A stretch of DNA of 64,000 bases from a virus (taxonomy: Duplodnaviria; Caudoviricetes): the IMG/VR virus record IMGVR_UViG_3300029288_000060, positions 64,001 through 128,000 of that record. One strand, given 5' to 3'. The number at the start of each line of letters is the position of its first letter. Position 1 is the stretch's first letter. Below, in pieces: positions 60,219-64,000 of this stretch. The notes below the pieces were generated by a model. It worked only from the letters and a program-made list of their open reading frames with translations. It was not told the origin of the DNA and made no database searches. The translations under genes and the position numbers were made by a program.

Positions 60219-60839
60219 TTATTTTTCTATTCTTTCAACTAAAAATCTAAGATAAATATCTCGTCCATCAAATTTATAATTTTCTTGAATATGTAAAACT
60301 TTAAACCTACCTTCTAATTCAAAAAAGTACCTTGCTCTATCTACAGTCCATATAGAACAGTGTGGGCAATAAGGTTCATTTAGTAATTCAAACGTTGTTA
60401 TTATATCTTCCGATTCAAAATTTATATCATTAACATTTTCATTTAGAATCCTTTGTGCCAGTTTTTTATAATCAGGCACAATTACATCTATATATCCACC
60501 AATTTTTACGGAAGTTGATAATAGATAAATAAAATATAACAATTTAACTTTAGGAACATGTTCCAAAAATCTATACATTGTAATACAATCAAAGAGTAGA
60601 TGATATCTTTCAAGAAAAGTATATACATCTATATCCGAATTTAATACCATTTTACTTGTAGTATTTGAAATGGAATGGGAATTTATAATATCATTTATGT
60701 CTACTGGGTTAAAATACATTTGGTCTAAGTTAAGTAAAAAATGAACACGATTATATAACAAAATATTAGTTTCTGGAAATTCAATTGGTCTAATCTTTCC
60801 GCCGCCAATATTTAGAATTGCATTGCCATGGTATGACAT
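60219..60839 (-). CDS. Class I SAM-dependent methyltransferase-like protein
   Basis: ILNIGGG, FLEHVP, GGYIDVIVPD. Confidence 0.7.
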   Translation of the reverse strand: MSYHGNAILNIGGGKIRPIEFPETNILLYNRVHFLLNLDQMYFNPVDINDIINSHSISNTTSKMVLNSDIDVYTFLERYHLLFDCITMYRFLEHVPKVKLLYFIYLLSTSVKIGGYIDVIVPDYKKLAQRILNENVNDINFESEDIITTFELLNEPYCPHCSIWTVDRARYFFELEGRFKVLHIQENYKFDGRDIYLRFLVERIEK

Positions 60840-60850
60840 TTTTCTTCTCC

Positions 60851-61576
60851 TTATAAGAATTCAATTGTAATACTATCAAAAAATGGTTGAAAGTAATAAT
60901 CAAAATATCTTTCTTTATCTATCTCATCTGTATCTATGATATTGATTAATGTTTCACCAATTTCAAATTGACCATATTGTTTTAAGAAAATATTATATTT
61001 ATTTTCACCAATGGGTATAGCATATAACTTTCCATTAGAAGAATTCAAAATTACATCTTTTATATTTTGTAAGCTTTTAAATATTGAATCTTTGATCATA
61101 TAATTAATAGATAAAATTTTTTTATAAAAATTATCTATTTCATCATATCTATATGCAATTCCTTTTATAGTTATTTTATTACCATCGGATGCAATAAATT
61201 TTGTTCTATCTAACGAAATAATAAAAACTGAATAAATTTCTCTTAACTCTATTGGTAAATATTGATCAGTTACTATAGCTAAAGGTTTTGTTGACATAAA
61301 ACCATCGTACTGTCTAACTATAATATTATCAAGAGAGATTTTATTTCTTAAAATATATTCATCAATTAAAGAATTAGTAGTCGATCGTAAGATACTTGTT
61401 AGTTTTGGATTATCTCTCATCATTTTACCTATCTGAATATTTCTAGTAAGTTTATTTTCTTTTTCAATATTTGAAATATCCAAATTCAAGTTTTTTAATA
61501 TATTATAATGACAAGAAGAAATGTCATAAGAATATACATTATTTAAAAATAGTCTGCAATTATTATTGATGTTCAT
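60851..61576 (-). CDS. Small family-B DNA polymerase-like palm/thumb protein
   Basis: YDISSCHYNI (motif A-like), RQYDG (motif C-like), IKGI, IDKERYF. Confidence 0.45.
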   Translation of the reverse strand: MNINNNCRLFLNNVYSYDISSCHYNILKNLNLDISNIEKENKLTRNIQIGKMMRDNPKLTSILRSTTNSLIDEYILRNKISLDNIIVRQYDGFMSTKPLAIVTDQYLPIELREIYSVFIISLDRTKFIASDGNKITIKGIAYRYDEIDNFYKKILSINYMIKDSIFKSLQNIKDVILNSSNGKLYAIPIGENKYNIFLKQYGQFEIGETLINIIDTDEIDKERYFDYYFQPFFDSITIEFL

Positions 61577-61776
61577 ACACCACTATCTTTAACTTTCCAT
61601 CCACACATATTCGGATTAATACCTACTTTTTCTAGTTGTTTAACTAGATCTGGATGAACCCATACTTCTACCTGAGGATCATCTCCATCTATTTCAGTTA
61701 ATAATAAAAATATTCCTGGAGGAAGAGTTGCTGTTAAAACTCCTTTTCTTAAATTATATGGTCCTGATTTTCTCAT
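61573..61776 (-). CDS. Hypothetical protein
   Basis: GAGG RBS. Confidence 0.5.
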   Translation of the reverse strand: MRKSGPYNLRKGVLTATLPPGIFLLLTEIDGDDPQVEVWVHPDLVKQLEKVGINPNMCGWKVKDSGV

Positions 61777-61888
61777 TACTTCACCTCTATTCTATATTCA
61801 AATTATTTCAAAACTTATTTTTAGAATATTATTGTCGGAATTTGGGAGAGGATATATTTATATATCCTCTCCTCTCCCTTCTTTCTAA

Positions 61889-62638
61889 CTAAATAACATG
61901 AATTAGAACATCATCAATTTTCAACAGGTGGTTTATATCTACAATACCTGATTGTTTTTGAATAAACCAATCCACTGTTTTTTCTTTTGTTGTAAATACT
62001 TCTTTGAATTTGGAAGCTTGCTTATACAATAATTGAACTTTTTCTTCGTCGACATTATTAGCAAGTTTTTCTTTTATTTCATTAGAAATCCCGTCATAAC
62101 CAACTAATTTAATAGAGGTTACATTCTTTTTAATTTTTGTTTTTTCATATGGAATAATTTTTCCATCAACATTGGCACAATATACCAAAATTAATCCTGT
62201 TTTTACTCCGTAACTTTTAATGAAAATTTCATCATTATATTGATGTAAAATTTCAAAAGTATCATTTTTAAATATTTTTAGGTAAACAGGAGGCAGATTT
62301 AATACAGGTCTTAATGAAGGATTATAAAAACTAACCAACTCCATATCATCATTGTTTCCTTTTTTAACTTTAAAAATCATATTATCTTTTGGATTAATAT
62401 TTGAAACTTCGGCTTTAACTCTTGAAATATTATGTATAGAATCTGTAAATTTTTCAAACCAGTCATAAAAATTAATTAAATTAATTTCTGGAGTACTTGG
62501 TTGATCTTCTGATTTTGAAGGTTCAGTTTGTATTTCTGTAGTAGGAATTTCCTCTTGTCCTGGATCTTGTTGGACTTTTGTTTCTTCGTTTTCAGAACTA
62601 TTAAGATTTTTTACCATTTCTTGTAAATTTTCTTGCAT
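61889..62638 (-). CDS. Hypothetical protein with acidic N-terminus
   Basis: AAGGAG RBS; hairpin downstream (about 61843-61878). Confidence 0.6.
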   Translation of the reverse strand: MQENLQEMVKNLNSSENEETKVQQDPGQEEIPTTEIQTEPSKSEDQPSTPEINLINFYDWFEKFTDSIHNISRVKAEVSNINPKDNMIFKVKKGNNDDMELVSFYNPSLRPVLNLPPVYLKIFKNDTFEILHQYNDEIFIKSYGVKTGLILVYCANVDGKIIPYEKTKIKKNVTSIKLVGYDGISNEIKEKLANNVDEEKVQLLYKQASKFKEVFTTKEKTVDWFIQKQSGIVDINHLLKIDDVLIHVI

Positions 62639-62648
62639 GTATTACTCC

Positions 62649-62867
62649 TTATAGAGGTTCTATTGATATTCTGTTTTTACCTGAATGAATATAAACAATT
62701 TTGTACATCATATCTTCAAATTTGATTTTTTGCCCTACTTCATGTAAAACCATATCTTCAAGATTTCCAATTTGTTCAATTCCAATCCTATTCTTTTTCT
62801 CATTTAAAAAAGTTATTTTATATTCAATACCATTATACATAAATGTGCTTCCAATAATTATTGTCAT
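62649..62867 (-). CDS. Small protein with internal duplication
   Basis: IG..F.Y....YKI.......RI.IE repeated twice. Confidence 0.55.
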   Translation of the reverse strand: MTIIIGSTFMYNGIEYKITFLNEKKNRIGIEQIGNLEDMVLHEVGQKIKFEDMMYKIVYIHSGKNRISIEPL

Positions 62868-62869
62868 AT

Positions 62870-63223
62870 TTAAGAATCACCCTTCCATTTTTCTTTTATT
62901 CCATTTTCTCTCCATTTATCAACATCAATTGCTGAATAAGATTCTAACGCTGCACCAGCTAATGTAAAAATTTTAATTAATTCTTCATAACAATCTGATG
63001 GACATGAACCTTGTTCTATATATTCTTTTGTTGATAACAACCAATTTGGTAGATCGACTGTCCATTTAGAAACATAATTTTTTTTACATTTTTGTAAATA
63101 ATTATCTAAGAATAATAAAAAAGAACTTAAATTTAATGATGGATTATTTTTATATTCTCCAAAAATATTACCTTGATAATTTCTTTCTTTTTCATATAGT
63201 TTAATAAGCTCATCTCTTGTCAT
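62870..63223 (-). CDS. Hypothetical protein, weakly MazG-like helical
   Basis: ER.YQ and EELIKIFTLAGAALE pattern. Confidence 0.4.
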   Translation of the reverse strand: MTRDELIKLYEKERNYQGNIFGEYKNNPSLNLSSFLLFLDNYLQKCKKNYVSKWTVDLPNWLLSTKEYIEQGSCPSDCYEELIKIFTLAGAALESYSAIDVDKWRENGIKEKWKGDS

Positions 63224-63582
63224 TAATGATCACGCCAGTTTTGTATAATATTTATATTTGCAAAAGTATTACCTGTCAATTTTAAGATTTCTTTTTCTAA
63301 TATCTTTAATACTTTTTGATTTTTTCCTCCAATATGCCATGATTTAATATCATTTGATGTAATACTAATATCACGTTCATATGATGGACCATCTTTATAA
63401 TTATAAATTGTTATAATTTCATTATCAATTTCTAAAATCCATTCCCAATCTACTTTAAAATCTCCAGAAGGAAATTTACTGCTTGGTTCACCAAAAATAG
63501 ATACAATTTCATCATAATTTAGATTTAAGTATCCTTGTAATGAAGTAATTGTATTCAATGGATATGCTTTTAATTTTTTCAT
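63223..63582 (-). CDS. Hypothetical phage protein
   Basis: SLQG...FGEP...KVDWEW...TIYNYK...WHIGG. Confidence 0.6.
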   Translation of the reverse strand: MKKLKAYPLNTITSLQGYLNLNYDEIVSIFGEPSSKFPSGDFKVDWEWILEIDNEIITIYNYKDGPSYERDISITSNDIKSWHIGGKNQKVLKILEKEILKLTGNTFANINIIQNWRDH

Positions 63583-64000
63583 TTATCTAATCCATAGTCT
63601 ATATTAACAATTTCTGATTTTTCATATTCTCTTTTTCTAATTGCTACTCCGCGCTCTCCTACTCCAGGTTGAAATAATACTAATCTCTCCCATTTAGTTC
63701 TTTTTCCGGGAATGACATAATCCTTTTCCCACTTAACATCCTTTAACCACGCAGGCAGAGTATTTGTTTTTGCATTATAGTATGATAATTCTGTTGCTCT
63801 TGTTGCAAACCTTAGTTTTGGAATTGTTTTATATACATATTGTTTTCTTAATTTTGTTAATGTAACTAGATTTTCCTGATTATGCTTATAAACTGGAAAT
63901 GTTGATTCATTTTCTGGTATATCAATTTCTACATTAAAGGCTTTTACTTTGATTGATTTGCCTTTCTCTGATACTTGTTTTGGCCACTCAACTGGAGTTT
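63579..64000 (-). CDS. Partial hypothetical protein (5' end outside window)
   Basis: Frame ending ...RLVLFQPGVGERGVAIRKREYEKSEIVNIDYGLDK*, ATGA-coupled to the next gene. Confidence 0.55.
   Translation of the reverse strand, partial: TPVEWPKQVSEKGKSIKVKAFNVEIDIPENESTFPVYKHNQENLVTLTKLRKQYVYKTIPKLRFATRATELSYYNAKTNTLPAWLKDVKWEKDYVIPGKRTKWERLVLFQPGVGERGVAIRKREYEKSEIVNIDYGLDK

Noticed and set aside
1-64000. Stop-codon reassignment (code 15 or 4), common in jumbo phages
   Set aside because: Conserved genes (terminase, RtcB, CCA, gp6-like) are full length in the standard code, and TAA, TAG and TGA all end genes. The two apparent truncations are explained by introns.

Overview
AT-rich window from a large (jumbo-type) myovirus-like bacteriophage genome; ORFs read cleanly in the standard code. 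Blocks of virion and morphogenesis genes (tail fibre, baseplate wedge and hub, sheath, tube, gp25/gp26/gp6-like, tape measure with lytic domain, terminase large subunit) alternate with minus-strand accessory blocks. The accessory blocks are rich in RNA/tRNA repair functions (RtcB, Rnl2-type ligase, CCA-adding enzyme, nucleotidyltransferase, phosphoesterases, NADAR) and also carry radical SAM enzymes and four paralogues with an N-terminal TNSSS motif. Beyond the ORF track the sequence shows: (1) two ORF-less group I introns splitting the tail sheath and tail tube genes, the first apparently ending in A instead of the near-universal G; (2) an array of five covarying RNA hairpins directly upstream of a 628-aa TerD-domain gene; (3) a ~275-nt structured ncRNA with two arrays of 7-nt AAGAY repeats, downstream of a DIP1984/DUF6847-like gene; (4) a tRNA-like RNA with a His-type acceptor and an abnormal anticodon arm, right after rtcB; (5) two recurrent phage-specific promoter motifs; (6) a likely +1 frameshift in the tail/baseplate chaperone; (7) four free-standing homing endonucleases with shuffled modules, two of them preceded by RBS-sequestering structures. 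Family assignments come from motif recognition by eye, not database searches.
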